A DNA stretch of 62,658 nucleotides, filler included, from Choristocarpus tenellus KU-1152 (GCA_964200185.2; 10 parts of 10 records of this genome joined end to end with filler, not necessarily neighbours in it); one strand, 5' to 3'. Shown: positions 37,501 to 51,457, numbered from the whole stretch's first letter. Notes: generated by a model not told the origin, from the letters alone. Numbers and translations are program-made.

Positions 37501-39588
37501 CGTAGACTCTCCTGAAGGTAAATTACATTAAAAATTGAACACAACAGAATTCCAATTGGACTTCATGAGTTAATAGGTAGACACTTCTAAGTGATGCCTA
37601 AAGAACTTTGTCATCGACAACCCTTAGACGTACTATTAGTAGAGCATGTATGCCTGGAGCATGAACCCATTGGTTCACAAAGAACATCAACTTTTGTTGG
37701 TCTAACCCTGACCTACTGCAGCAATTTATTTTTTGTGCATAATCTGTACACTTGATGGGTGAAACATTGTGGATGAATGGCTCGGGTGAACGGACGAATT
37801 TGTGAATGGATGGGTGGATGGATGGGATGGGTTAAGCAGGGTGCATGTCCCAGTACTCAGATAACAGATCCAGGAGATGCTGCTCCACCAAACGACCCAG
37901 TGTACAGGCACATCACTGAAATAATCACCACAGCAGCCGGCAGTGAACCTCGGTGTATGACTAAGGAGGACATAAGTTTTTGCTCCTTGCGCTTGTTCAG
38001 CACCTTCAAGAAAACCCTGGTTAGTGTTTATGAGCATATTTTCGCCGAAATTATGAATACTAGAAGTAATTAGTGGTGGTTAGGGCACCAAGGCTGGACG
38101 TTTCACGATTCAAAGCAATTTGCTTTAGATGCAAGAAAGGTATCATTTTTACAAGTCTGCGTGTTCTAGACTCTGAAGGCTCAATGCAGACACCATTGCC
38201 AACAGGACATATTCTTTCTATCCTCTTTTCATCTGGATCACCCACTGCTGTGAGCAGGGCAGCCCTCATTCCCCTCTGCTGTTAGAAGTGGCTGATAACT
38301 TGACACATTGCATCAGAACAGAAAATGCCTGACCCCTTAAGATGCACTTCCAACTTCAACCTTTTTCATCTGACCAATTCAGCGTCTGTTTTTTGAACCT
38401 GGGAATCTTCCCCTTGTCATACCCAGAGGTTTTCGAAACCTTTTCACTGTTGTTGGATGTAAATGGAATATGGGAATGTCCTTGATTGTGGCAGGTCAAA
38501 TTGTGCTAATGTGGTGTTGGAAATCTTTAATCCTACTGCTCCCTCACTATATACGCTCCTCATGGTTTTAGAGGCACAGTCCATGTAGCCTACAGTAACG
38601 TTTTTACTTCTCTTCTGATTGGCCTCTTCCTATGCAGGGAACTTCTAGACGGTTGCATGTACTAAATGGTGTTCACCAGGTGCCCAAGATTTATCACATC
38701 CTCTTGGCATGCAGTGTATCCCCAACGCACAACCCCTTCTACACAAGCAAGAACAAAGGGCGCATATCCCCAGAGGAAAAGGTAAGACCAAGGAAGTTTC
38801 AACGGGTTAGGTTGGGGAACAACGCTGGAACCTCATTCCTGAAGTCACACCCCTCCCTGTTCAATTCACTCCGTCCTACTACAGTGTCGACCCATCGTTC
38901 AGTACGGGTTGTCTACTATTAGCTACTAAATGGACACCACATAGTAAGGTCTCGTTTTAGTTGAGCACAATGGAATTTGAGGTACAATTTTTGCAAAGGT
39001 GAGATTTTTAGTTGGTGGTTTGGTATCTCGAGTCCAAGGGAAAAATGGCGACTCTAAGAATAAAGCGATAAATAGCATTGAATTATTGGCCATCAAGGCA
39101 CGATTCTTCAAGAGACGCAAGAAAGACCTTGCGATTTCAACTATCTTGATCTTTATCCCACCCTATTAAATAGTCTGGACTAGCATTCCTCGAAAACCTA
39201 ACTCCACCTGAGCAATAGACCAAAATGGAGATCCCACAGTACAGAAATCTAGGAGCAGTTTGCTGTCTGTGATGTCTCTCTCCATCCTTGATAATAACCT
39301 TTCCTGTGCATCTTCCATGCTTAGTCTGGAATGCAATATTTTGTTGTTCTGCTATACTTGATGCTCATTTTGTTCTTATCTAGCAAGTGAACCTGTAGCA
39401 ATACTAAGGCCTTTACCTACCCCCCCCTCCCAACGGCAGTCACTCCTGGTTTGTCAGTTGAACTCCGCATGGTCAAGGCATCCCCTCCAAGATCTTGAGC
39501 ACGTGCTGCAAGGCGCACTTGAGCCGGCATGCAAGGACAGTAGCGATGCAGAGAGCAAGGATGCCTCCTTTTGGCGAGACCTTCTGCA
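34532..39588 (+). CDS. Unknown single-pass membrane protein, partial. Exons approx. ?-34832, 36545-36777, 37021-37375, 37861-38019, 38638-38781, 39458-39588
   Basis: Phase-compatible GT-AG exons. There is one hydrophobic helix GALAILLVILTAVTFVFCFIIMFAM followed by basic residues. The start is uncertain because the signal-peptide-like stretch is in a different frame from the rest of exon 1. Confidence 0.6.
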
Positions 39589-40195
39589 GGTGGATGGTTT
39601 GTTTTCTAATGTTGCTTGTTGATTTCCTTTGGTCAATAGAGTGAAGGGTTAATAGTGTAAATATAGCACTCTGCACATGCAAATATGACTGAAGCTGTTC
39701 CAGCGTTGAATTACCATCAAGCATACCTTTCTCAAATATTATTACTCTAGGGTTTGCAGATGAATATTTGAACTTCGGATACAGGGCTAGGTGGTGAGGC
39801 CTTGTCAACATTCCATGCAGTAAACCTTTCCATATAGCTGGCAACAATCTGTAAATGTGATACGCATCATATGATTTGTCATTTGGAACCTTCACTGAAT
39901 CTCACCCTGTCATCGTTGCGTGTTAAGAGGTTAGAATGATGCAAACACTGTTGAGTTTCGTCCATTGCAACCATTTCGGAACGAAAATTCACCTTATATT
40001 TGCATTTTTTCTTTGGCTGTTGTTGGAACCTTATCCAATGATTGCTCCTGAGTTTTGCAACAATATTGAAACATGTTTATGTCAAACACGTGCTTATTGG
40101 AGATAATGAATGTACAATAAATACTTAACTTGAAGACTTTGAACGGTCCAGTGGATATTCTTCAGTCTCAAAAACCGAAACCCTCCCAGTTGAGC

Positions 40196-40218
40196 AACCC
40201 AAAGTATCTGGGAGGGGG
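40196..40218 (+). mobile_element. MITE end (family B-like) at contig break
   Basis: ACCCAAAGTATCTGGGAGGGGG. Confidence 0.6.
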
Positions 40219-40318
40219 NNNNNNNNNNNNNNNNNNNNNNNNNNNNNNNNNNNNNNNNNNNNTTAATTAATTAANNNNNNNNNNNNNNNNNNNNNNNNNN
40301 NNNNNNNNNNNNNNNNNN
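40219..40318. other. Artificial contig spacer
   Basis: N44-TTAATTAATTAA-N44. Confidence 0.99.
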
Positions 40319-42497
40319 CCCCCCACTCACCCCCCACTCACCCCCCTCCCCTACCCCCTACCCCAAATGAATATATATATATATATGCGTGTGTGTGTGT
40401 GTGTGTGGAAGGGGATGGGGGTGGTGATTGTGGCGATGTTTCTAGACACTGAATAGAGGGGTGTTGTAGTTTGAAACGTTTGTGGTGTTGTAGTTTTTTG
40501 TGCGTCCACCAGACGAATTCTTTTTATTTTTTTCTGAAAGTATTCTGATCTGAGCAGTCGACCATATGTATACATACAGTTTTTGTTTTTTTGATATAAA
40601 ATCTGATCAACTACTGTTTAGAAAAAGGAGTGTTTGAGCTCCAACTTTTTTAATATATAATCTGATCAATTTTTATTTTGTTTCTCAAATTCAACACGGA
40701 CGCACGTGCTCTTTTTTATTTTTTATTTATTATTTATTATTTCTTTTATCCTTTATTTTTATTTGTTGGTAGAAAAGGACCTTCGCAGTAGTGGTTCAGG
40801 TCACTCACTGGACAAATCCATTTGTTTTTGTTCTAATTGAGGAACCTGTACTAACAAAGAATCCTATTTAGGTATGTTTTAGGAATGTCTTTTGAACTGC
40901 TTGCGCTATACAGAATATGACATTTTTTATTATTTCTTGAGAAATAAAGAGAAAAAAAGAGGTGCAAAGCTTTTTGTGCCGAGCAAGAGCTTTGAGTCGC
41001 CCTGGATACCTCTGTAGCCACCTGTGGCCAAGTTTGTTTGGGGGGGGGGGCACTCTGGAGCTGTAGGTTTTGAACTGTTTGCAGTCTGGCCTGCGTTTCT
41101 CTGCGATTTGAAGTAGTACTCTTTGAAGTAGCTGTTTTTTGCAATTAAAAAAAATATATTTGTGTTCATCGTTTATGTGATAAAAAGTATATATATATAT
41201 ATATATTTCTGTTCCTAGAGAAGAGTGATGCTAGCCCAAACCGAACACATTTTGGTCATTGTACCCCCAAAGGTATCCCTGCTCTGTAGATCATTGCTTC
41301 TATGTCTCCTGGCCAGTTCTGAACCGTTTGAAGTTGATGTTAATTGATGTTAATGAGACATGGTGTGAGAGTCCCGGGTAAAAAGTGGAACGGTCTGTTG
41401 GTTAAACGAACCGGCTCTATTCTCATCTAGAGTCGGACTATCCCCAAACAGACTGTTTCCCTTCTAGGTCCCTTCCAGACGCCAGTGTTTGATGGTGTTG
41501 TTTCCTGTGTTGATATCATGGAGTGTTTGGACGCCCTTGGGTGCTGGATTTGTTGATGATTCGAATTACACATTGCAAGGACTATAACCCTAACCCTAAC
41601 TACAAATACTGTCATATACCTGTACTGTCATATACCTCAGAGTATATGATACATATATATACCTCAAAGAATGTGTTTTATACATATCAAAGTATGTGTT
41701 ATATATATACTTCAAAGAATATGTTATACGTGGGAGACACAAATAATAATAATCAACAATGAAGTGGTTTCATTGTTGAGTGACTTCGAACCTGGTACAG
41801 CACAATGATCTAGGGAGGGTGATCTGGGAGGGGGAGGGGGGAGGGGACCGAGTGACTAGGAGGGGGGGAGTGAGTGGACCTAGTCTGTGAGAAGGAAGGC
41901 GTGAACACAGGGTACCCAGTATAGTTAATCTTTAGTGCTACAATCAGGGCAGTAGATAGTATGAGGAGTACTGCAAGGGGTGTTGTGTCTCACCACAGGC
42001 AAGTTTAGTTCCCAGGCTGGAGTGAATAACAATAATAATAATAATAATGATTATAACGATATTAAGAACAATAATAAATAATAATAATAAATAATAATAA
42101 TGACAATATAATAATAATATAGTAGAACTGCTCGGAATTCCCTGTAGACTAACATTATGCCCCTGAAAGGTCAACATTCTGACCTCTCCAATGCACTATC
42201 CCTAACCCTAGGTTCGGAACGGCTCTTGAGAAAAATACCCAGAACGTTAGAGAAGTTTCAAAATCGTTTCTCAAATATATATATATATACATACATTTTT
42301 AGAATCTGTGATTATTGATGCCTACCAATCAATTCCTTCATTTTTTTTTTTAATTTTCTGTTTTTCAGACGCACGATTTCTGTAACCCCCTACTCTTCAG
42401 CTCCAGAACCCCCAGCCTTCAACCTAAACTGCACCTCTGACCCTAACCCCCGTCATCAAACACGTTTTTATTATTATTATTATTATTATTTTGTCAG

Positions 42498-44378
42498 GCG
42501 TTTGACCGTACTGGGCGAATTGTGAACATCACAGTAGCCCCCAGCAATCGCACGGATCCGCCCCGCCTCCTTAACTACCTCACTGCACCCCATGTGTTGG
42601 TTTGGAGTGCAGCAGTGTGTAGTAGCAGTGTCCCTGGGGTGTTCGAGCCGTCCAAGCTGCTGGTCAAGGACGCAGATGGGAGGTGCGCTTGTGTATGTGT
42701 GTGTGTGTATGTGTGTATGTGTGTGTGTATGTGTGTATGTGTGTGTAAGGTGTGTAAGGTGTGTGTGTGTGTGTGTGTGTGAGGTGTGTTTGATGAGAAC
42801 GCTGTGTGTGGAGGGTGGAGCAATACTTTTGATGCTGAAGCTTTTTTGCTGGCTGTCTGGCCACAAGAGCGGGGGGGGGAGTTGTGCTTGCTGGGGAGTG
42901 ATTGCTATGGAGCAGCGCCGTAGTGCTACAGATTATCGCAGAGCTATATTGTTTTTTTGTAGGAAGGTTTTTTTGTTGTTGTTGTTGTCTGTGTAGAGTT
43001 GAAGGGTTAGGGTTATAACAGGGGCTGTTATCGATGACCAAAAGTATGTAGAGTTGAAGGGTTAGGGTTATTTTTCCTCCATGGGCTTAGGTTGAGGTTA
43101 AGTACAGAGTTATGCCTACATGTTAACTAGTACTGAATAGTATGGGTTTTTTGGGGGGGTATGGTTGAAAGCCACTTGAGTGAATTAATTGTATCTGATA
43201 AAAAGTGAAGTAGAAAAGAGTCGCTGTTTCCAAGAACTTTCTTCACTCGACAAAAGAAATTTCCTTGTGGTAGCATCCTCACCCCCCCCCCTCCCCTCCA
43301 CTTTATTGCTACCAAGTGCCCTTTCCTGTGTGATATGGTCCTCAAGACTTTTACTTTTTATTTTTATTTTTTATTTTTTTACAGATCCTATAGTGCTGGC
43401 TCTATTTCTCTTTTGTTGTGTTTGCTTCGCCTGTGCCCATTTAACTCTTTACTCTGGAGTGCATTTTAAATGCTGTAGCACTCCATAGCTCTCTACAGTG
43501 TCTCGTAGCTGCTCCAATGACAGCTCTTGTTTGGGTCCACGTATCATACCACTGCTCCTTTCTTCCCCCTGCTATTTATGTCTTCCCCTTCCCTCCTCCC
43601 CCTCTAAACCCTAGGCATTACCCAAGCCCTAGTCATACAACCCTTGTGTGTTGACTGTGTGTGCTTACTTGCATGGTATGTGCCAAGACATTGTTTATGT
43701 GCATGTCTATGTGCATATTTTCCTTGTGAAGTGCAATGTAATGTTTGGCACATTTGGTGGTTAGCTAATGACATTTGGTGGTTAGCTAATGACATTTAGT
43801 GGTTAGCTAATGACATTTGGTGGTTAGCTAACCCTATCCCTAAGTTAGCTAATGACATTCGAAAAAAACTGTGAAACAATTTTTTTGGAACTGCAGTTCT
43901 TGCTGAGTTCTTAAGGAGGAAGTCCAATAGAGCACCTCAAGCCCAAAATGTGGTTGCATGTGGGATGAGCTTCTGAGCACCAATAGTGTGATATTGTGCT
44001 TGTTGTGCTCCTGGGCACTAGGTGCTGTGTACCTTAGTAGAATCTTAGATTCAAAGCATATCTGCAAACTAATAAATTTGCTGCATACTCTCCAGGTACT
44101 TGCATAAATCATTTCATGTTGCTCCTTTATTTCCCACTCATGCAAGGGTGTAAATTTAAATTTTGGGGGTGTTACTTGCATCAGGGCTAGGCTAGGCTAG
44201 GCTAGGCTGGATATTTAGTGATATTTTTCACTATACCTTGACCTGTCTACTGTACCTCGAACGGTCTACTGAACCAAGCGCCAGGGAAAGATAATGAAGT
44301 CCTGTTTCAATTTTATTTTTATTTTTATTTTTATTTTGGATGCTTGTCTGCATTTGTTGAATTTTGTTTGCTACATCT

Positions 44379-44420
<42 letters not shown>

Positions 44421-44424
44421 CCCC

Positions 44425-44478
<54 letters not shown>

Positions 44479-44678
44479 CTCCTCTCCCCCCCCCCCCTCT
44501 CTCGGCTCGTCTTTTCCTATTTTTTTTTTATTGTTTTATTTATTTATTTATTTTTTTCGTTAGCACCAATCCCGAGTTTGGGTTGGGGGAGAAGTTTGTG
44601 GACGGAAGCATGGAGGCGGATCTTCCCATGCAACAGATCAGTGAGCTCTTCAACATCAACCACTTCATTGTCTCACAG
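42498..44678 (+). CDS. Patatin-domain triacylglycerol lipase (SDP1/TGL3-4-5 family), two internal exons 42498-42682 and 44564-44678
   Basis: [13 protein letters not shown]...[28 protein letters not shown]...|...[28 protein letters not shown] contains the diagnostic family motifs, including the catalytic DGS. The phase-2 junction fits. Confidence 0.95.
42690..42782. repeat. Imperfect (TG)n microsatellite directly after the lipase exon donor
   Basis: Seen directly. Confidence 0.95.
43750..43859. repeat. 21-bp tandem repeat (GACATTTGGTGGTTAGCTAAT)n, ~4-5 copies
   Basis: Seen directly. Confidence 0.9.
44380..44500. repeat. Poly-C/poly-T homopolymer block upstream of the splice acceptor
   Basis: Long C run followed by a long T run; the run lengths may be unreliable. 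Confidence 0.9.
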
Positions 44679-45654
44679 GTAGGTATGAGACTGTTTCATT
44701 GGTAACTGTTTCAATGGTAACTGAAGTGTATCGGCAAGTGTGAGTGCACCATTTTGGGTCCCACGCCTTCGGTGGAAATGGAAACCCCGGTCCAGGCGTG
44801 ATTTGAAGTGGATGTGCAATGCACTCCCTTTAAAAAGTTATTTGAAGTAGTGGTGCTGTTGGATTGAAAAAGGTGTGCCTGTAAAGGTGTTTTGAAGTAG
44901 TGTGTTTTGAAGTAGTGTTTTCGGAGACGGTTAGGATAGGTGGGTAGGATTTTGGGGTCGGGGTTAGGTTTGGTGAGCTAAGAGGAGTTGGTAATTGGTG
45001 GGCAGGCGATGGATACGGTGTTGTGGGTGTGCCGTGGGGTGCTGGCTTACGCTTTTCGGATGTGTTTGTGTGTGTTTGTGTTTGTGTTTGCGTTTGTGTT
45101 TGTGTTTGTCAGGTTGCATTTATCGGCCTACAGCGCAGGCGTTTACGTTGGAATGGCGTTGTACCCTCAGGCATTTGTGGTGTTTTAACCTTGATGGATT
45201 CGCATTCCCTCTTGTTGTCAGAGTGGTACTTGAAATCTAGACACGTGTGACTTTGCCTTCTGCAGGACAAATATAGCAGGACAAAATAGACTCACTATTT
45301 TTATGGTGCCTACCTTTGGTGCACTTGTGATTGGGTTAGGGTTAGGGTGTAGGTGTGTTGGTATTATTTGCAATCGCAGCGGATGCAGACGCCTACCTAC
45401 TCTTTAGGATGTGTATTGCGTGCGTATGTACCTCCCTGATTTGTTTGTCAAATTTGACAAGTTTTGGGACTTTCTGATTTTGAGTACTCTTTTTGACGTT
45501 CTTAGGGGTTTTAAAGGTTGTGATCTCCTCTCCTCCCACCCCGTCCTCTTATGCTTGCACTGACTCTTTCTTGTTAGTCATTGTGATCTTGTATGATGAT
45601 GATGATGATAGTCTGTAGCTATTGGAAGTACTGAGAAAGGAGTGTGACCAGTTT

Positions 45655-45962
45655 TAAAAGGTACTAGTACTGGCATTTATAGTGTTAAGAGGTACTAGCA
45701 TTTATAGTGTTAAGAGGTACTAGTAGTGTTAAAAAGTACTAGCAGTGTTAAAAAGTACTAGCAGTGTTAAAAAGTACTACTAATAGTGTTAAAAGGTACT
45801 AGTAGTGTTAAAAGGTACTACTAATAGTGTTCAAAGGTACTAGTAGTGTTAAGAGGTACTAATAGTGTTTAAAAGTACTACTAATAGTGTTAAAAGGTAC
45901 TAGTAGTGTTAAAAAGTACTAGCAGTGTTAGAAGGTACTACTAATAGTGTTAAAAAGTACTA
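45655..45962. repeat. 19-24-bp minisatellite (AAAAGGTACTAGTAGTGTT-like), ~14 variant copies
   Basis: Contiguous variant units with no unique spacers. Confidence 0.9.
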
Positions 45963-46398
45963 CGTATTTATGTGTCAATGAGTGCTGGGATGGGAATTTT
46001 CAGGTAGGTAGTGGTGATGTATATGGATCATCCATTTTTGATGGTGTTATTAACATAATCCATTTATTGGTAGTAGTAATATGTGATTAACTAATAGTGC
46101 TTTCAAAGTTTTTTGTTTTTATTTATTTTGTTTGTTGGTTGGTTGGTTGCTGTTTTTTTCATGCTATTGAGCCACCCTATCTGAGAGGGAAAGTCTATTT
46201 GTTGAGCCTCCTTTGAGTAATCAGGACAATATAAACTTTCTTCCTGAAATATCATTCCCATGCCTACATTGCAGCTAACTCGCCCTTAGGAGGCTGTAGC
46301 TGTAGAAGAGAAGACAAGCATTTCTAAAATTAGATGCAAGATTCCCCCCCCCCCCCCCCCACACGGGGAGAGAAAGTTGTAGGGAGGAAAATTTCCCC

Positions 46399-46498
46399 NN
46401 NNNNNNNNNNNNNNNNNNNNNNNNNNNNNNNNNNNNNNNNNNTTAATTAATTAANNNNNNNNNNNNNNNNNNNNNNNNNNNNNNNNNNNNNNNNNNNN
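46399..46498. other. Artificial contig spacer
   Basis: N44-TTAATTAATTAA-N44. Confidence 0.99.
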
Positions 46499-46541
46499 CC
46501 AATGGACAGCCGCCACCCCCACCCCCCAGATACTTTGAGCC
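46499..46541 (-). mobile_element. MITE family B end (partial)
   Basis: AATGGACAGCCGCC-polyC-AGATACTTTGAGCC. Confidence 0.7.
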
Positions 46542-46901
46542 TCTCTGAGGGAGGATCATATTCCCTACCTACAAGGCATTGCCCTCATCGCAAGACAGTT
46601 AAAAATCGATACACTAAATAATACATAAACTACAAATAAGACTGCATACTTCGAAGTATTATGTCACCAATAACATGGAAGAGTACTACCATCGTAGACG
46701 TAGAACAAGATGGTCCAACAATCATGTCGGCATCAATGTTATAATACCAGTTGATCTTGTCACACAGACCAGGTCCTGCAGCACAGCATTGTCAGCATTG
46801 TTATATTGCAGTAGACAGAACGAGCGAAGGTAGTTGGTGTGGTATCATACCTGGATATGATTACCCCCTCTGATATCTGGGTAATGCATAACTTGCTGCT
46901 T

Positions 46902-47076
46902 GGGTCAAAGTATCTGGGGGGGGAGGGGTGGTTTGTGAGGGGGCGTCCGTTTCGGTCAAACTCATTTTTTTGCTGACATTTCAAATCCGACACGTGGGAC
47001 CAAATCACACCAAAAAAGTGAAAAAAGAAAAAAGGGTGGAAAACGGACGCCGACACCCCCCCAGATACTTTGACCC
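46902..47076 (+). mobile_element. MITE family C (175 bp), TSD CTT
   Basis: TIR GGGTCAAAGTATCTGGGGGGG / CCCCCCCAGATACTTTGACCC with CTT on both flanks. Confidence 0.92.
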
Positions 47077-48118
47077 CTTGCTGTAGTATACTAGGGTGAT
47101 CTTAGTTGTAAGCAATTGCACCATATGTCTAGGAGTGGTAGGAGAACATTATTAGATACTGGAGATTGACGTCAACAGAGAGGTACCCAAACTTGCATTT
47201 TAACGATATTTACAAAGTATGTGCAGCATTCGTCTATTATTACAAATGGGTGTAGGATATTTTGTGACTAATATCGAAATGTTTCTAATAATAATAGAGA
47301 AATCAACGTTCTCAATCCCAACTAAACACGGTCAAAATCTGAGTACCTCTCGTTCGCTTTGGCTTGGGACTGGATACTACTACGTAGTAAAAAAGAACAT
47401 TATACTTCAAGTTCGTATTATGACTTCGATGTATTTTCCCTGAAGACAAAATCCATCATCTGCAAAATGCCGGTTGCATTACAAACAACATACTGCTCTC
47501 TGGAAAACAATATACTCCCAAGTATCCAATGCATACGCGACATACCCCAATTATCCGATACATCTCAAACAATATAGTTTTATGACCATCTAGTTCCTGC
47601 TCGTTACGTGAGTACTAACCTAAAGTCAAATTCTTACAGTTACAAAGAAAAATGTCTGGGTGCTGAATCAAGTGACCTATTCTCTAAGAAAGTGAGTTGT
47701 CTTCAGAAATGATTGTTGAACCCTATAGTAGTACATGGAGAGGTTTAGCGTGGTATTCCAATATTCCTTCCAGGTGGTGTCATTAACTTGTTGCTCATGG
47801 ATGGGCATTTACTACTATTTCCCTCACAACATATATATACAACAGCCTTTTTACACCACAGTCCTAACAAAGTACTCCGTGAATGTTGAACAAGCAAGCA
47901 CCCACAACTCTATGAAAGTGAGAGTTTTGTTCTCCCTCCAAAATCAAGCACACGACATAGCAGGAGGAACAAAGGCCAAAACACTACAAAGGGCTGCACA
48001 TCTTTGGGTGACATGTGAATGAGTCAAAGCAATTGAGAGGAAGGCAAAGAAATACCATTTTGTACAATTGCAAAAAGTCTTTGCTGATTTCTCGTGTCAC
48101 TTTGTGTTTGGAAAGGAG

Positions 48119-48338
48119 GAATTTGTTCGTAGATAGTGCTGCTGATACACTCTAAACACCATCGGTGGAGAAGATAGGAAAGATAAATACCACCAGTGGA
48201 GTAATGGAGTAATGGAAGAAACGTAGAGACAGATATATGTTTCGGGATATCTTAGTTGAAGTCTGCACAACGTATTGTAATATATTTTGATTATAATATT
48301 ATTTTCTGATTTTCCATGTGGACGTTGCAAACCCCTCA
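48119..48338 (+). mobile_element. Diverged LTR-like remnant
   Basis: Both ends match 51465-51647 (TGTTCGT.GATAGTGCTG.TGATACACT.TA.ACACCA and TGTGGACG.TTGCAAACCCC.CA); the middle is unrelated. Confidence 0.5.
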
Positions 48339-49210
48339 TGGCAGTCTACAACTTTCTCGCCCCAGAAGTCAGTCAGAGGGATTGAGACCATAATCCTCTT
48401 GTAATACTAACTTTGCTCATCTACATTAAGCTGTTCTTTGTCCTTCATTAAAGCACCAAAGCCGCGGGCCCAGTGTGGGATACTTCAACAGAATTATCTA
48501 TTTTGCGTACACTATTGAGCACATAAGGCAAAGAAAATAAGGGGTAAATACACCTTGCATGGGGATAAGAAACATGGATTAGAATGCAAAAGGATCTAAA
48601 CCTGTCTCCCTCTTAGTTGGTTTGGCTCAAATGCAGCATTTAAGATATGTAACTCAAATATCGACCGCGCCTGTCAATGTTGCCACGGAAAGATATCAGA
48701 GAGAGTTGCACCCTGTGACAATGTATTCAACAGACTTCACTAGAGACAATGGAAGCAACTGGAAAAAACTATGAGGTGAATAGCTTCTCACAGGAAAGGC
48801 TCGTCGCCAAAAGCTGCTGGTAGGTTACATGGTGAACATACACTGAATATTAATTATCCGTTGGGCCTTTGTCTTTACCATCCATTATCTCTGGCGTATT
48901 GCCAAAGACTGACCCATCTTACTGCTATGTACGGTTCTGCTCTGTGTCGCACCGAACTGAAGATAAACAGATACACGAAACTGAGTTATATGCTTGTATC
49001 AGCACTCACAACGTAAGTAAAACACTAGTTATTCGACATTATGACTCCAAAATATTCCACTAGATTTCACAACCCACACTCAATCTTTACTAACTCCAGA
49101 CCTCAGAAACCCAAAATTGAAACCCAGATTAGGTCAGGAAAAGAAATCTATGGCCCAAACCTAAACCTCTATACATCTACTAACATTCATGTATACACAG
49201 AGTGAAGTTT

Positions 49211-50072
49211 TCAAGAGGAAAATACCAGAACCCTCTTATCATCCGAGAAAATAGATGATACATCAGATACGACAGTGAAAAGAACAGCTACGTCTTCTGC
49301 AATGGTCTTGTCATCAATCCTCTGGAATGCCTCAGACATGAGACAGGCAATCCTGCCATCTTGGCACCAGCAGTGAAGGATGCTCTGGTCGTACTGATGC
49401 TCTTCGGATACTCCTCTTCGAGCTATGATCAAGCCGTACAGCTTCTTATGCAGTAAGCGCTCTGCATCTGAGGTCTCAAAGTTCGTAGGACCGGGATAGC
49501 CCATAGCCCGAGTGACACTGACGCCAACGCGCTTTTCTCCAATAGTACAAATGTAGTCCACCTGAGGTGAGAAAGGGACTGCTGTTGGAAGTGCTGAATA
49601 CCGGGTTTTCTATTGGATCTACTTGAAATAAAAATTGAAATTCTTATATATTTGTGGTTACTCCTTGCTTTGTTCAGACTGCTACCTTCTTCCAATTGAA
49701 GCGCCAATACTTTATCGTCATCTCGGTGACGACATCTTGAGCACCAAAACGTCGAGAAAAGTACTCCATGGACAGGGCTTCCGAGACCACGCTGTTACCT
49801 CCCGCGTTGGGTTCTGTGGCCACGAGGGTAGCATCCTTTCCCAATTGGAAGCATGTTAGGTTCGGAGTCACGTAGTCGAGGCACACCAGGGGAGTCATGC
49901 CTTGAAATGCAAGGAATCTGGCTATCTTCATCTCATCCTTCACTCCCGTCCCAATGGTGAAATCTTCACCCAGGTGCCAAGAAATTGGCCTACTAACTAT
50001 GCGACGAACGGATGTTATGGGATCCGAGTGAAGTGGAAACCCCATCGCCTTGCTTGGGACATAATTCATCAT
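49211..50072 (-). CDS. AAC4-like protein (putative PD-(D/E)xK / restriction-endonuclease-like fold). Exons 50072-49686 and 49561-49211; true 5' end uncertain
   Basis: EPNAGGNSVVSEALSMEY...RRFGA...TEMTIKYW...KK|VDYIC...RVGVSVTRAM...A.RLLHKKLYGL...ILHCW matches my recollection of the Dictyostelium AAC4-like family motifs. One phase-0 GT-AG intron. Confidence 0.8.
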
Positions 50073-51457
50073 CTTCTTCGTCCATCACACCAAGAACTGC
50101 AGGGAACCCTCTTGGAAACATGGTTTTGGCCCGTATTGAGGTGAAGTCTTGTGTGGAGAAGGTGACTTCGGGTAGGTAAAGAGTATTCGAAGAGCCGAAG
50201 ACTTTGCACTTAAGCGTTGGAAGATTTGAGCTGGTAATGTGAGTGCGATGATGTGTAAGGGGAGAGCAAAGACGAGAGGAATGTTATGTTTGTTGTAGAT
50301 TCTCCATCAGGTCCATTCTTGGACTCTTCTTCAACAAATACTGTCTATATTTTCTAGCATCAAATACTGTCTATATTTTCTAGCATCAAATACTACTACT
50401 CCTGCTACTATTATTGTTAAGGATAATGGGCATATGAAAGAAAAGATAGTTCAAAGGAGGTAATACAAGTTGGTAGTTTAGGAAAGGTAACAAGGGCCAT
50501 GAAAGAAAAACAATGACTGGGAGAAAGAAAAAAAGGGAGGAAGAACAACAAAAATGAAAACCCAACAAATAGGACCTTGTAAAACATTAAAGAAATTCAT
50601 GTGTACGATACCAGGAAATGTCGGTATTTTGTGGGGGGGGGGGAAATTTGGAGGAGTAGTGGTGGTAAAGGTTTTGAATATTCTGTTATGTGGAAAGTGG
50701 AGAGGGAGTCGACAAAATATTAGTATTATATGGAGGTCTATGTGAAAGTATCAAGGCGTCAAACCTCTCTCCAAAAAAAGGAGGCAATCACAATCACCCG
50801 ACTGCACTCTTCCACTTCAGACTGCCAGACCGATTTTCTCAGGTCTGGGCTCAGTATCCCAACGTCAGTTAAGGAAATTCAGAACAGAACCAAACCTTAG
50901 TGCACAACAGATATCACAGAATGACTGAGCAACGTCACTGCGGGAAAATGCATCAGTCCGGATCTTCGTTCTGACAGTCCTTCTGACTGGTCATACCCGG
51001 ACCTTCCTGGTGTCTGGTTTTGTGAACTGGTCAATATGGACAAGTTCTCAATGACGTGGTTGTGCACGTGCCATATCCACAAAATATATGGGGGGGAAGA
51101 TCCAAAAAAAGGAACCTGTCCCTGACATTACCCACCCCCCAGTAGTGTGGATTCCATCTGACACAAATACAAGAGTGGCTGCCCAACATTCCATCCATGT
51201 CGGACAGGTCCGTCTTTGGGAGGAAAAACAAAGTGAAAAGGGATCCTGGTTGAACTAACTCAGGGAAAAAAAGAAGTGGAGCAATAGTCGTGATCAGCCC
51301 TAGATCGCACTCTACTCCAAGTAAAAAAATCTGTGTTGACGGATGGAAAGCACAGTGAAAAAAATGGCATGGACCGGCCTGTCTCCTACATGCCCCCGGG
51401 GATCAGAGTGGATGAAGCTCAGTATTATCATACCTTTGGCACATCAAGTCATCTATT

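Noticed and set aside
44294-44563. Poly-Pro/poly-Phe ORFs
   Set aside because: Intronic homopolymers; only 44564-44678 is coding.
45655-45962. CRISPR-like array
   Set aside because: The units are contiguous with no unique spacers, there are no cas genes, and the context is a eukaryotic intron.
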